Shown one piece after another: positions 8,441 to 17,547 of a DNA stretch of 64,000 nt (position 1 is the stretch's first letter; each line of letters begins with the position of its first letter). A program made the translations under genes and the position numbers. Under the pieces are notes generated by a model. That model searched no databases. It was not told the DNA's origin and worked only from the letters and a program-made list of their open reading frames with translations. The DNA comes from Candidatus Latescibacterota bacterium (lineage in GTDB: Bacteria; Latescibacterota; UBA2968): positions 1,504,001 through 1,568,000 of the forward strand of contig OZ242320.1 in assembly GCA_965208125.1 (NCBI GenBank). Reading direction: 5' to 3'.

Positions 8441-10858
8441 ATGGTACGCATGACCGATACCACAGACCTGCAGCATCCACACCTTCCCAACACGGAAAAC
8501 GAAATGAGTCGCCGTTATCTGCGGATGATCGAACAGTGGATTCCAACCGGCATCGCGTACTTTGCCGACTGGCCCGACCGCCCCAACTGTGGGCATTTCT
8601 TCGGCGGATGCCACTGGTACGGAATCGAAACCATCAGCTGTGCCGAAACCTTTGCCTACGCCAGTACGTCTCCAGAATACGACGAGACATCCACGGGCGT
8701 ATCCCGCGACGCCCTGCGGGAAATGGCGATCAAAAGCGTGCGCTACCTCTGTTTCACACACGACTCTGGTCCCGAAGACTGCGTACGTCCACAAGAAGGA
8801 CTGGGCCGCTCGGAAAACTGCGGCACCAAATGGGGCGAGCGGGGCAAAGGCTTCTTCCGCGAAAGCCAATGCGGCAGCACCGTCGCTGGCCTGGCGCGCA
8901 TCTGTTTGCTACTGCGAGAATGGATCGATCGAGAAACCTATATGATGGTCGCCCGCGTACACGAAGACTACGCCGCACGGTTCGGAAACATGGCACCCAA
9001 AAGCGGCGTCTATACAGACACACAAATGGAAGAAAACGCCTGGACCTCTCACGGGCTCACCTCTTGTTTCCTCTTCCTATCCGAACACGCGGACGCCGCA
9101 GCCTGGGAAGCAACCGCCCGCAGATGGATGTTCTCCACATGCGCCGCGCCGCAAGACACCAAAGACCTCGGCCTCGTAGGCGGCGAAACCGCGCGAACCC
9201 TAACCGAAAAAATCTTCACAGCACTCCCCGATTACCTCGCGGAAAACCACGGCATGGTCCACCCCAGCTACACGGCATCCGGCCTCTCCCCCCTGATGAG
9301 CGCAGGCTGTCTGCATCAACTCTGGGGACGCGAACTACCCCCAGAACTCTTCTGGAACAAACGGCGCGTGTACGAAAACCTGAAAGCTCTCACCGACGGA
9401 GGCGGATATGCCCAGGCTGTTCAGGGAATGGACTGGCATTATCTGAACATATTCGCAACCATTTCCGCGCACGCGATTGCCGCCGTATTCTTCGACGACG
9501 CGGACGCCGCAGCCCTGGAACACCTGGGACTGGAACATGCCGAACTACGTCAGCGCGGAAATGGGGGCCGGATGTACGACCAGGACCTCGCCCAGAAAGC
9601 ACACGACCAGCAGGACCCCATGATCATGCGCGAAGTCACCATCTCGGGCGCCGCTGGCCTGTACCTCCTCCATCGCCTCTTTGGACCAGGCCCATCGCCC
9701 TCACCCACCGCAGAAATGGAATCGCGTCTCTCGGGCGTACGCCACTTCCCCCACGCGGGATTTGTACACCACAGACACCCGCACGGACAAACCTCATTTG
9801 CCTGGCGCAACTCAATCATGGCCCTGCCCCTCACGCGGGAAGGTATCTACACCATCGCCCCCTGTTCAGACACCTGGCTCGGCACACCCATCGTACAAAA
9901 CCGCCCCGACAGCCACCGCCTCAAAACCGTGCGCGTAGCTGAACACGACGACAGCTTTGCCGCCGCCCTGGTAATAGACCGCTGCCAGGAATCCCTGCGG
10001 CAACACGTACTCTTTGCCAGCCTGCCAGACGGCCGCATCCTATCTTTTGAAAAATTCACCGCCCAGGAAGACCTCGTACTGGAAGAACTCAACCAGGGAT
10101 TTTTGCGCATCACCAACGAACACTTCTCACACCTGGCCCCCAACTGCCGCGGCGAACGCGTACTATATCACCCCAACGGCGAAACCCGGTACGCGGGCTG
10201 GCACGGCGAATCAGAATCCGATGACATAATCGACAACCTGAGCCATCCCACCTATCTCAACATAGACAACCGCCTGGGCATACACTTTACCGGAAATGGC
10301 GACACAATCTATCACAACCGGCACTACTTCAACCCCTACCGCGCCATAGCCGACGACCTCACACTATCCCGACTATCGGGCGAAAAACCCCTTCGTGCGG
10401 GCGAAGAAGCGGGGCGCTTAACAGCCCTGTTAATCCCCGAACAAACCGCCGCCGACACACCCGATACCCCCTTCGAAATTCTGACCGCACCAGAAGACGG
10501 TGTTGGCCTCATAGCCGAAGGATATCTCGCCGCCGCAAACTTCGGCACCGCGCAACAAATATGCACTTTCACCGCAAACAGAACCGAACAGTTGTCAGTC
10601 TTTCCCGGCGCCATCCTCGAAACGCATGGAAACCGCGCACGCTACCGCATCCCCATCGGCGGCGAATCTGCCTGCCTTCTCCGCGCGACCCGAATACTGA
10701 ACATAGAAGGCGATGCGCGGATAGACGCCATCCCCGACGGCGCACTATACGTCTCCAATTCCGAACATGCAGAAGTGAAAATCGCAGGGGAAGACGGAAC
10801 GCACACCATTGGCCGCGGAGAAACCAGACGAATAGACGAACCCCGCCCTACCACCTGA
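8441..10858 (+). CDS. hypothetical protein, possibly (alpha/alpha)-toroid plus beta-sandwich lyase-like
   Basis: 805 aa, AAGGAG RBS. Helical N-half with EENAW and ENHGMVHPSY, beta-rich C-half. Operonic with the heparinase-like gene. Confidence 0.6.
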   Translation: MVRMTDTTDLQHPHLPNTENEMSRRYLRMIEQWIPTGIAYFADWPDRPNCGHFFGGCHWYGIETISCAETFAYASTSPEYDETSTGVSRDALREMAIKSVRYLCFTHDSGPEDCVRPQEGLGRSENCGTKWGERGKGFFRESQCGSTVAGLARICLLLREWIDRETYMMVARVHEDYAARFGNMAPKSGVYTDTQMEENAWTSHGLTSCFLFLSEHADAAAWEATARRWMFSTCAAPQDTKDLGLVGGETARTLTEKIFTALPDYLAENHGMVHPSYTASGLSPLMSAGCLHQLWGRELPPELFWNKRRVYENLKALTDGGGYAQAVQGMDWHYLNIFATISAHAIAAVFFDDADAAALEHLGLEHAELRQRGNGGRMYDQDLAQKAHDQQDPMIMREVTISGAAGLYLLHRLFGPGPSPSPTAEMESRLSGVRHFPHAGFVHHRHPHGQTSFAWRNSIMALPLTREGIYTIAPCSDTWLGTPIVQNRPDSHRLKTVRVAEHDDSFAAALVIDRCQESLRQHVLFASLPDGRILSFEKFTAQEDLVLEELNQGFLRITNEHFSHLAPNCRGERVLYHPNGETRYAGWHGESESDDIIDNLSHPTYLNIDNRLGIHFTGNGDTIYHNRHYFNPYRAIADDLTLSRLSGEKPLRAGEEAGRLTALLIPEQTAADTPDTPFEILTAPEDGVGLIAEGYLAAANFGTAQQICTFTANRTEQLSVFPGAILETHGNRARYRIPIGGESACLLRATRILNIEGDARIDAIPDGALYVSNSEHAEVKIAGEDGTHTIGRGETRRIDEPRPTT

Positions 10859-10914
10859 CGGGCGGGCACAGGGGCACCGCCCCTACATCGATCCGCTGAC
10901 CGCTGACCACTAAC
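10858..10914. repeat. REP-like GC palindrome ending in CCCCTACA, followed by heptamer tandem repeats
   Basis: GGGCGGGCACAGGGGCACCGCCCCTACA, 1 mismatch to 42848-42875, then CGCTGAC CGCTGAC CACTAAC. Confidence 0.75.
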
Positions 10915-10930
10915 TACGGAGACTTGAAGG

Positions 10931-11701
10931 ATGAACAAAATAACCATCTCCCCCCGCTACTACCGCTGGCACGTTGACAAAGGCGTAGTCTGGGTCGAAA
11001 AGAACACGAGCTATGCCTACCTCAACTGGAAAATCCCACTCGCGCAAACCGCACTCGTACTCGTCGATATCTGGTCGCATCACTACCTGAAAGACACCGC
11101 AACTCGATCCGAGGAAATCGTACGCAACAACATCGTCCCCCTCCTGAACGCCTGTCGAAAAGCTGAAATGCCCATCGTTCACGCGCCAGCGCCGCGTCTG
11201 GCTGAAGCGCATCCATCCTGGGTGAACCTGATCGAAAAGGGAGAAACATCCACCGAATCCAAAAACAACTGGCCCCCAGCCGAATTTCGCAGCAAAACGG
11301 GAATTTATGAACACTATGCGCGGCCCATAGAACCGCGCGAAGAAGAACTCACTGAAATCCGCGCCAGACTCGAAATGCATCCCCAGGTACAGGTAGAAGG
11401 CAAAGAAGCCGTCATCTCCACAGGCGAAGAACTCCACCGCTGGTGCAAACAACGCGGCATACTCTTCCTCTTCTATCTCGGCTTCAACACCAACGCCTGC
11501 ATCTTGATGAGAGACTACGGAACCCTCGCAATGGGTCGCCGCGGGTATGAAATCATCCTCCTGCGGGACTGCACCACGGGAATGGAATCTTTTGAAACGC
11601 ACGAAAGCCTCGGACAGACGCGGGGAGCCGTACTCTTCCTGGAAATGTTCGGACACTATTCTCTGACATCAAAGGAACTAATCGCGGGATTGCCGGAGTA
11701 A
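10931..11701 (+). CDS. isochorismatase/cysteine hydrolase family protein
   Basis: TALVLVDIW (catalytic Asp), GFNTNACI (catalytic Cys), LLRDCT. Confidence 0.85.
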   Translation: MNKITISPRYYRWHVDKGVVWVEKNTSYAYLNWKIPLAQTALVLVDIWSHHYLKDTATRSEEIVRNNIVPLLNACRKAEMPIVHAPAPRLAEAHPSWVNLIEKGETSTESKNNWPPAEFRSKTGIYEHYARPIEPREEELTEIRARLEMHPQVQVEGKEAVISTGEELHRWCKQRGILFLFYLGFNTNACILMRDYGTLAMGRRGYEIILLRDCTTGMESFETHESLGQTRGAVLFLEMFGHYSLTSKELIAGLPE

Positions 11702-11704
11702 AAC

Positions 11705-13201
11705 ATGCTATCACTCGCAGACTTCATCGTCATCCTCCTCTACGCCCTGATCATGGCCTGGATCGGCGGGATTGCCAAACGAAAATCTCAGGACATAGAC
11801 GCGTACTTCGCCGCCGGACACAACCTGCCCTGGTGGATGGCAGCCATATCCCATCACGTCTCCGGATACAGCGCCGTCGTCTTCGTGGGCTTTGCAGGAC
11901 GAGCAGCAACCGCCGGATTCAGCATGTGGACCCTATTCTCCCTATCGTGTTTTATCGCCATGATGATCGGCTCCCTCGTCTGGGCACCGCGCTGGTCTCG
12001 CCTCAAAGTACTCACACCCGTAGAATATCTCGAAACGCGATACGGAAACTCCGTGCGTTTTCTGGTCGCACTCTCCGGCATCGGCGTCAAATTCATAGAC
12101 CTCGGCATCAAACTCTACGCAATCTCCGTCGTCGTACAAACCGTCACGGGCTGGGCCGTATTACCCGTCGTACTGGTCGCAGGCATAATCACCGTGGCTT
12201 ACGTCCTCATAGGCGGACTGTGGGCCGCGGTATTAACCGACCTGATCCAATTTGTCGTCCAGCTCGTCATCAGCTCAATCGTACTCTATCTCGTACTCGA
12301 CAACATCGGCGGATGGAACCCTCTGTGGGAACAATTGCCCGCCGAACGCGGCGCATTCTTCAACGCAGAAGCCGGCATTGGAACCGACTTCTGGTTTGTC
12401 TATCTAATCGTCGTCATCTTCAGTTATAACGGTGCCACCTGGGGATTGGCGCAGCGATTCATATCCGTATCCGACCCGCGAGACACCCAAAAAGCCGCGC
12501 TCCTCTCGGGATTCCTCTACCTGCTATACCCCATCGTAATCTTCCTGCCCGCCTGGGCTGCGCCCTTATTACTCACCGAATATTTCGATCCCATAACGCT
12601 CGCGCCCCTGCCCGGCTTTGATCCCCAGCAAACCTACGTATTAATGGCCCAACACATGCTCTCCGGACTAATGCCCGGATTGATCGGCCTATTGATCTGT
12701 TCCATGTTCGCCGCCACCATGTCCATGATCGACAGCGACCTCAACGCGCTTGCCGCCGTATTCACAAAAGATATTTATCAGCGCAACATCAAGCGCGAAT
12801 GGACACAGCAGACACTCTTCCGCATCGGAAAAATCGTCACATTGATCTTTGGAATAGCCATCATCATCACAGGCATTATCATCACTGAAAGCAAAGGAGC
12901 GGAAAAAGTATTCACCGCAACTGTTCAGGTATTTGGGGCACTCCTATCCCCCATCGCAATACCGCTCATGTTCGGCATGCTCTTTCGAAAACCCACAGCG
13001 CGGGGTGCGATATTGGCTCTCGCAGGCGGACTGTTGACCTACGCCATCCTCGTACAAATAACGGACAACTTCGCCATTTATACCGGAGGCGAAATCCTCG
13101 TCGGTTTGTGCTTGTATTTCGGCGAAGGATGGATCGGAACGCGCACCCCGGAAAAAGAACGGGAAGTAAAAAATCTGTTTGACAAATTGACATCCCAATA
13201 G
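11705..13201 (+). CDS. sodium:solute symporter (SSS family)
   Basis: YFAAGHNLPWW, TPVEYLETRYG, GGLWAAVLTDLIQF, AQRF, FAATMSMIDSDLNA. Confidence 0.92.
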   Translation: MLSLADFIVILLYALIMAWIGGIAKRKSQDIDAYFAAGHNLPWWMAAISHHVSGYSAVVFVGFAGRAATAGFSMWTLFSLSCFIAMMIGSLVWAPRWSRLKVLTPVEYLETRYGNSVRFLVALSGIGVKFIDLGIKLYAISVVVQTVTGWAVLPVVLVAGIITVAYVLIGGLWAAVLTDLIQFVVQLVISSIVLYLVLDNIGGWNPLWEQLPAERGAFFNAEAGIGTDFWFVYLIVVIFSYNGATWGLAQRFISVSDPRDTQKAALLSGFLYLLYPIVIFLPAWAAPLLLTEYFDPITLAPLPGFDPQQTYVLMAQHMLSGLMPGLIGLLICSMFAATMSMIDSDLNALAAVFTKDIYQRNIKREWTQQTLFRIGKIVTLIFGIAIIITGIIITESKGAEKVFTATVQVFGALLSPIAIPLMFGMLFRKPTARGAILALAGGLLTYAILVQITDNFAIYTGGEILVGLCLYFGEGWIGTRTPEKEREVKNLFDKLTSQ

Positions 13202-13258
13202 CGCGAAACGGGATTTGAGATTTTTTTTACAAAAATTTACAATGGCATCAAAAAAGGC

Positions 13259-13288
13259 TTGACATGTCTATATCAATGGGGCTATCAT
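13259..13288 (+). promoter_or_regulatory. sigma-70 promoter of the outer-membrane operon
   Basis: TTGACA-18 nt-TATCAT in an AT-rich intergenic region. Confidence 0.6.
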
Positions 13289-13475
13289 GGCATATAACTT
13301 GTTGTTTTTTTAAGTATTGTTAAGTTTTATTTTATCCTACTATTAAAACCTCTAAACAAAGAAATGAGGTGAGGCCAATGCACTGAATAATCCAGGTTCA
13401 CATATTTAGTATCTCGTCAAACGTTTAACAGAAGAATTGCATCACCGCAGTTTTAAGCTGTAGAAAGGAGAGTTT

Positions 13476-14189
13476 ATGACACGCACCTTAGCTACTTTCC
13501 TGGTGAGTGTATTACTGGTACTTGCATCGGGTGATTTGTTTGCCCAGCAGAATGGATGGGGTCTTGGTGGATTTGCCAATTACCACGTACCCCTGTCCAA
13601 TTTGCGGGACCGCTACGATCAGGCGGGGAAATACGGCATAAACGTGAACTATGTGGCCAGCGACCTCGTGACCGTTGAAGTGGAATATCACTATTCCAAA
13701 TTCGACAGCGGAAAACTCGCGTCCAAACCGTTTGTATATCCGATTGACGGCCTTGAATACACCAGCCCCAACGCTTCATCGACAATGACCTTCAACAGCG
13801 TGGCCGTAAACGCGCTCGTCTTTGTAGGCGAAGAAAATCGGCAACACGGATTTCGGGCAAAAGACTATCGCCATTACATAGCCCTCGGCGGTGGTTTTTT
13901 CCGTTATAACGCCGAAAATAGCAATCTGGTATGGCCGGCTCAAACCAGCGATCCAATTGACTTAAATACCGTAATGGATCCGCAAATCGACAAACGCACC
14001 ACCATAGCACTCACCACGGGTGCGGGCATGGAGGCATTTGTCACCGACAATATCAGCCTGGATGTACGCGGGCGCTTAAACTTCGTAGTGGGCGAATTGA
14101 GACCCATGCTCTTTTACGACCTGGAACGCGCTCGTCCGTTAATGTTTTTCGATATAGGTGCCGGGGTTAAGTTTTATTTCTGGCGTTAA
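13476..14189 (+). CDS. outer-membrane beta-barrel protein (OmpA/PorT-like, 8-stranded type)
   Basis: AAAGGAG RBS, signal peptide, amphipathic strands, C-terminal GVKFYFWR beta-signal. Confidence 0.75.
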   Translation: MTRTLATFLVSVLLVLASGDLFAQQNGWGLGGFANYHVPLSNLRDRYDQAGKYGINVNYVASDLVTVEVEYHYSKFDSGKLASKPFVYPIDGLEYTSPNASSTMTFNSVAVNALVFVGEENRQHGFRAKDYRHYIALGGGFFRYNAENSNLVWPAQTSDPIDLNTVMDPQIDKRTTIALTTGAGMEAFVTDNISLDVRGRLNFVVGELRPMLFYDLERARPLMFFDIGAGVKFYFWR

Positions 14190-14217
14190 ACCATTCACCC
14201 TTTAAGGAGGTCGTGCT

Positions 14218-17200
14218 ATGAAGCACAGACTGTTGTTTTTCAGTTTGATAGCCGTCGGTTTCCTATTTGCAGGAACCGGCGACCTGTGGGCGGGCAGCAC
14301 GGGTAAGATCAACGGAGTCGTTAAAGATGCCAACGGGCAGCCACTGCCGGGTGCCAACGTAGTCATCAGAGGCACTCAGCGCGGCGCTGTCACCGATGCC
14401 GATGGATACTACGCAATTATCCAGGCAGACCCGGGGCGCGTCACCCTCACCGGCTCTCTCGTCGGTTATGAGACCGTTCTGGTACAAGACGTCCTGATCA
14501 TCGCCGATCAGACCGTCACTGTGAATTTCTCGCTCAAAGAAGCCGCTGTAGAACTCGGCGAACTGATCGTCGTTGCCGATCGTCCACTCGTGGAACCGGA
14601 CAAAACCACGAGTAAATACACCGTAACCGTCGAAGAAACCGAACGCCTTTTGAGCATCGTGCGCAACACATCCGAGCTTTTGCAATTGCAGCCCGGCGTG
14701 GCAGTAGATGGTAGCAACCGCTTGCGCGGCAGCCGAGTCGGCGGCCCCGGATCCGGTTACAGCGATGTTGTATGGGGCAGCGACGTGGCTTATATGGTCG
14801 ATGGCATACGGATAAACTACAACGATGGCCGCGGTGCTGGCGGACAATTCCGAACCGTGAACCGCGGAGCGATCCAGGAATTGTCAGTGCTCACCGGTGT
14901 AACACCCGCCGAGTTTGGCAATGCACAGGCCGGTGTGGTACAAATCGTGACAAAAGACGGTGGCAATCAGTACAATGGCTGGGGCGAATTTCGCTATGAG
15001 CCTGCCGGGCAAAAGCACTGGGGCATGAATGTCTATGACGCTCCCCAACATCAGGACAAAATGCAGTGGGACAATCCCAACTGGCTGACGGAACGGCGTC
15101 CCGATCTGGGTTTGGACAACCAGACACTGACAGAATTGGCTGGCGAACCCCTGCATATTCGAGAGGACTACACAGAGGTCAGCGGTTGGGATGTAGAGGC
15201 AAATCTCTCGGGTCCCATTGGCACCAATGTCTCCTTTGTCGCCACGGCAAAACACGGCCGTTTAGCCAATCGCTATCCGGGATCCAAGCAGACGGGATTT
15301 TACAACGACCTCAACAGATTTATCCCCACGGGTCCAGACAACCTGACGCTTTCCGGTAGTTTCACCTTCAGGCCAAGCCCAAATCTGAAACTCAAACTGG
15401 GCGGGCTTTACCAGGGATATGAATACTGGTCAGACGGCGTGGCCGATCCCTATATCCGCACGGCAGATTCGCTTCCGGGCTTGCATCGGGGGCTGGGCAA
15501 CGGCGGTAGAGATCTGTTTTTGCCGCCAGATTGGTCGGGGGCTGGAAAACGCATGGAACGCGAAGAGATGCAATATCTGGTCGTGACCCACACACTCTCG
15601 CCCAAAACATTTTACGAAGTGCGCGTGTCGCGCAGCCGCTCATTAACAGATACCAGCGGCGTATATCACGCAACATCGGTCAACAACAGGGGCGAAGCCA
15701 ACTGGTTTAACACCGGGCGAACAGCCGCCCGCTGGAAAGTGGCCGACCGCAACCGCCTGGGCCTGAAGGTCGATTTGACTTCTCAGGTAACAAAGGGCCA
15801 CCTGCTCAAGGGCGGTATCGAATTTATGCGCCGGGACATCATGATGATGATCATCGCCAATGCCACCCCTGCGGATCGACATCTGATGTTTGTGGCAAAT
15901 GAGGGTCGGTTCGGAGACGACGGCGTCAAGCCGTATTCCATCAATACCTATGTGCAGGACAAGATGGAATTTGAGGGCATGATCGTGAACCTGGGATTGC
16001 GCATGGATGCTTTCAATCCCAATGCTCGCAGAATAACGCACGGTAGTGCCCGCGGTTCCGAAATGTTCCGCAGACCCAATCTGGCGCGAGATTACGCCTA
16101 TAATGAAGGATCGATCTGGTCAACACAAGCCCCCTGGCACGTGGTATTTAGCCCCCGAATCGGGATTTCGCATCCCATCACCGAACGGGCGCAGTTCCGG
16201 TTCTCGTCGGGTGTTTACCTGCAATGGGCCGACCTGTGGTTCTACTTTGGCGAAGACTTCTGGGTAGCGGGCAAAGCCGAAGACAGAGATGTCAACGGCA
16301 ACGGCCGCATCGACGACACAGAGCGCTACAACAACCTCGAAACCACTTATAGCGGTCGAAATGGCACGCACCTGTTGCGCCCCGCCAAAACCACCGCATT
16401 TGAAGTGGGTGCAGACTGGAACTTTGTCTCGGACTATACCATCGCACTAACGGCTTATTATCGCTCTGAGGTCGAGCAATTCACCCACTATCCCAACGAA
16501 ACCTGGCAGGGACCGTTCATCAGTCGCGTTCGCTATTCCCGCACCCTGGACAACGGTGCTTATGGGGATACGCGGGGCGTGGAACTCGCATTGCGCAAGC
16601 GGTTCAGCCACAACTTCTCGTTCAATTTGTCCTACAACTACCAGTGGGCGTCATTTACCACGGGCAAGCGCGGCAACGTGATACGCAACATCTACATGGA
16701 TGAGGAAGGTGTCAGAAAAGCTGCCGTCAACATCGCCTATACGCATCCCGAATTCGGCGTACCGGTTCCCGATTTGTGGGTAGAATGGGATCCCCACTCC
16801 TCGGGCAGCGAAGTGCCCAGACTGATGTCGCAGGAAGACATCGACCTGATTGCTGGGCAGGCCAACAATCGATACGAGGCCGCTACTGTGAATCAGGCTT
16901 ATGGCAAGACCCTGGGCACGGGCGAATGGGATGGCCTGCGCCCCCTCGAGGGACCGACCAAAGGCAAGGGCATTTACCTGCTCACCGGCGGTTATACCCA
17001 GCTATTCCTGAAACCGCGCGGGGGAGATCGAAGGCAATTTGGAACCGCCTCAATGCTGGCTTCCTTCCCGGCCGATTACGAACGGGGCGGAGCCATCGTC
17101 AGCAGAGTATTGCGCAACATGCGCATCAACCTGGTCACGCGGGTTGAAACGGGAGGATTGTTCCGCTATGCCCCGCCAGAAGGTGGCGTGCGGCCCTACC

Positions 17201-17472
17201 GCGAACTGGCTATGGACTCTCGCACAGACCTGGCATTGGAAAGGACCTTTGCCATGACGTCCAGAGTTCAAGCTTCGCTCTTCCTGGATATACGCAATAT
17301 GTTCAACCAGAAAGACCGAACAAGCCCGACCAACAGGAATGACTATACCTACTACGGGGTTGACGGACCCCGACCAACCGACAGCACCTACCTGCAATAC
17401 GGAGACGTGCGCGATCGCACTTACGCGCACACACCCAGGTTGACCCAGGTAGGCGTGCGATTTAACTGGTAG
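14218..17472 (+). CDS. TonB-dependent receptor with N-terminal carboxypeptidase-regulatory-like domain
   Basis: GSTGKINGVVKD..GQPLPGANVVIRGT..GAVTDADGYY. Plug motif LQPGV..IQELSVLTG..AEFGNAQAGVVQIVTK. Barrel motifs YVQDKMEFEGMIVNLGLRMD and SPRIGISHPIT. Ends in RFNW. Confidence 0.92.
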   Translation: MKHRLLFFSLIAVGFLFAGTGDLWAGSTGKINGVVKDANGQPLPGANVVIRGTQRGAVTDADGYYAIIQADPGRVTLTGSLVGYETVLVQDVLIIADQTVTVNFSLKEAAVELGELIVVADRPLVEPDKTTSKYTVTVEETERLLSIVRNTSELLQLQPGVAVDGSNRLRGSRVGGPGSGYSDVVWGSDVAYMVDGIRINYNDGRGAGGQFRTVNRGAIQELSVLTGVTPAEFGNAQAGVVQIVTKDGGNQYNGWGEFRYEPAGQKHWGMNVYDAPQHQDKMQWDNPNWLTERRPDLGLDNQTLTELAGEPLHIREDYTEVSGWDVEANLSGPIGTNVSFVATAKHGRLANRYPGSKQTGFYNDLNRFIPTGPDNLTLSGSFTFRPSPNLKLKLGGLYQGYEYWSDGVADPYIRTADSLPGLHRGLGNGGRDLFLPPDWSGAGKRMEREEMQYLVVTHTLSPKTFYEVRVSRSRSLTDTSGVYHATSVNNRGEANWFNTGRTAARWKVADRNRLGLKVDLTSQVTKGHLLKGGIEFMRRDIMMMIIANATPADRHLMFVANEGRFGDDGVKPYSINTYVQDKMEFEGMIVNLGLRMDAFNPNARRITHGSARGSEMFRRPNLARDYAYNEGSIWSTQAPWHVVFSPRIGISHPITERAQFRFSSGVYLQWADLWFYFGEDFWVAGKAEDRDVNGNGRIDDTERYNNLETTYSGRNGTHLLRPAKTTAFEVGADWNFVSDYTIALTAYYRSEVEQFTHYPNETWQGPFISRVRYSRTLDNGAYGDTRGVELALRKRFSHNFSFNLSYNYQWASFTTGKRGNVIRNIYMDEEGVRKAAVNIAYTHPEFGVPVPDLWVEWDPHSSGSEVPRLMSQEDIDLIAGQANNRYEAATVNQAYGKTLGTGEWDGLRPLEGPTKGKGIYLLTGGYTQLFLKPRGGDRRQFGTASMLASFPADYERGGAIVSRVLRNMRINLVTRVETGGLFRYAPPEGGVRPYRELAMDSRTDLALERTFAMTSRVQASLFLDIRNMFNQKDRTSPTNRNDYTYYGVDGPRPTDSTYLQYGDVRDRTYAHTPRLTQVGVRFNW

Positions 17473-17473
17473 C

Positions 17474-17512
17474 GGGTTGTGCGAGTGGGCTACAAGACCC
17501 ACTCGCATACCC
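17474..17512 (+). other. intra-operon stem-loop
   Basis: GGG-T-TGTGCGAGTGGG-loop-CCCACTCGCATA-CCC, without a long U-tract. Confidence 0.6.
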
Positions 17513-17547
17513 TTTCCGAAACCCATTGAAGGAGGGCGAGGAACAAT

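Noticed and set aside
8413-9942. 509-aa alternative-frame ORF overlapping the 805-aa gene
   Set aside because: Arg/Pro-rich shadow frame of a GC-biased gene with no motifs. The 8441 frame has the RBS and protein-like composition.
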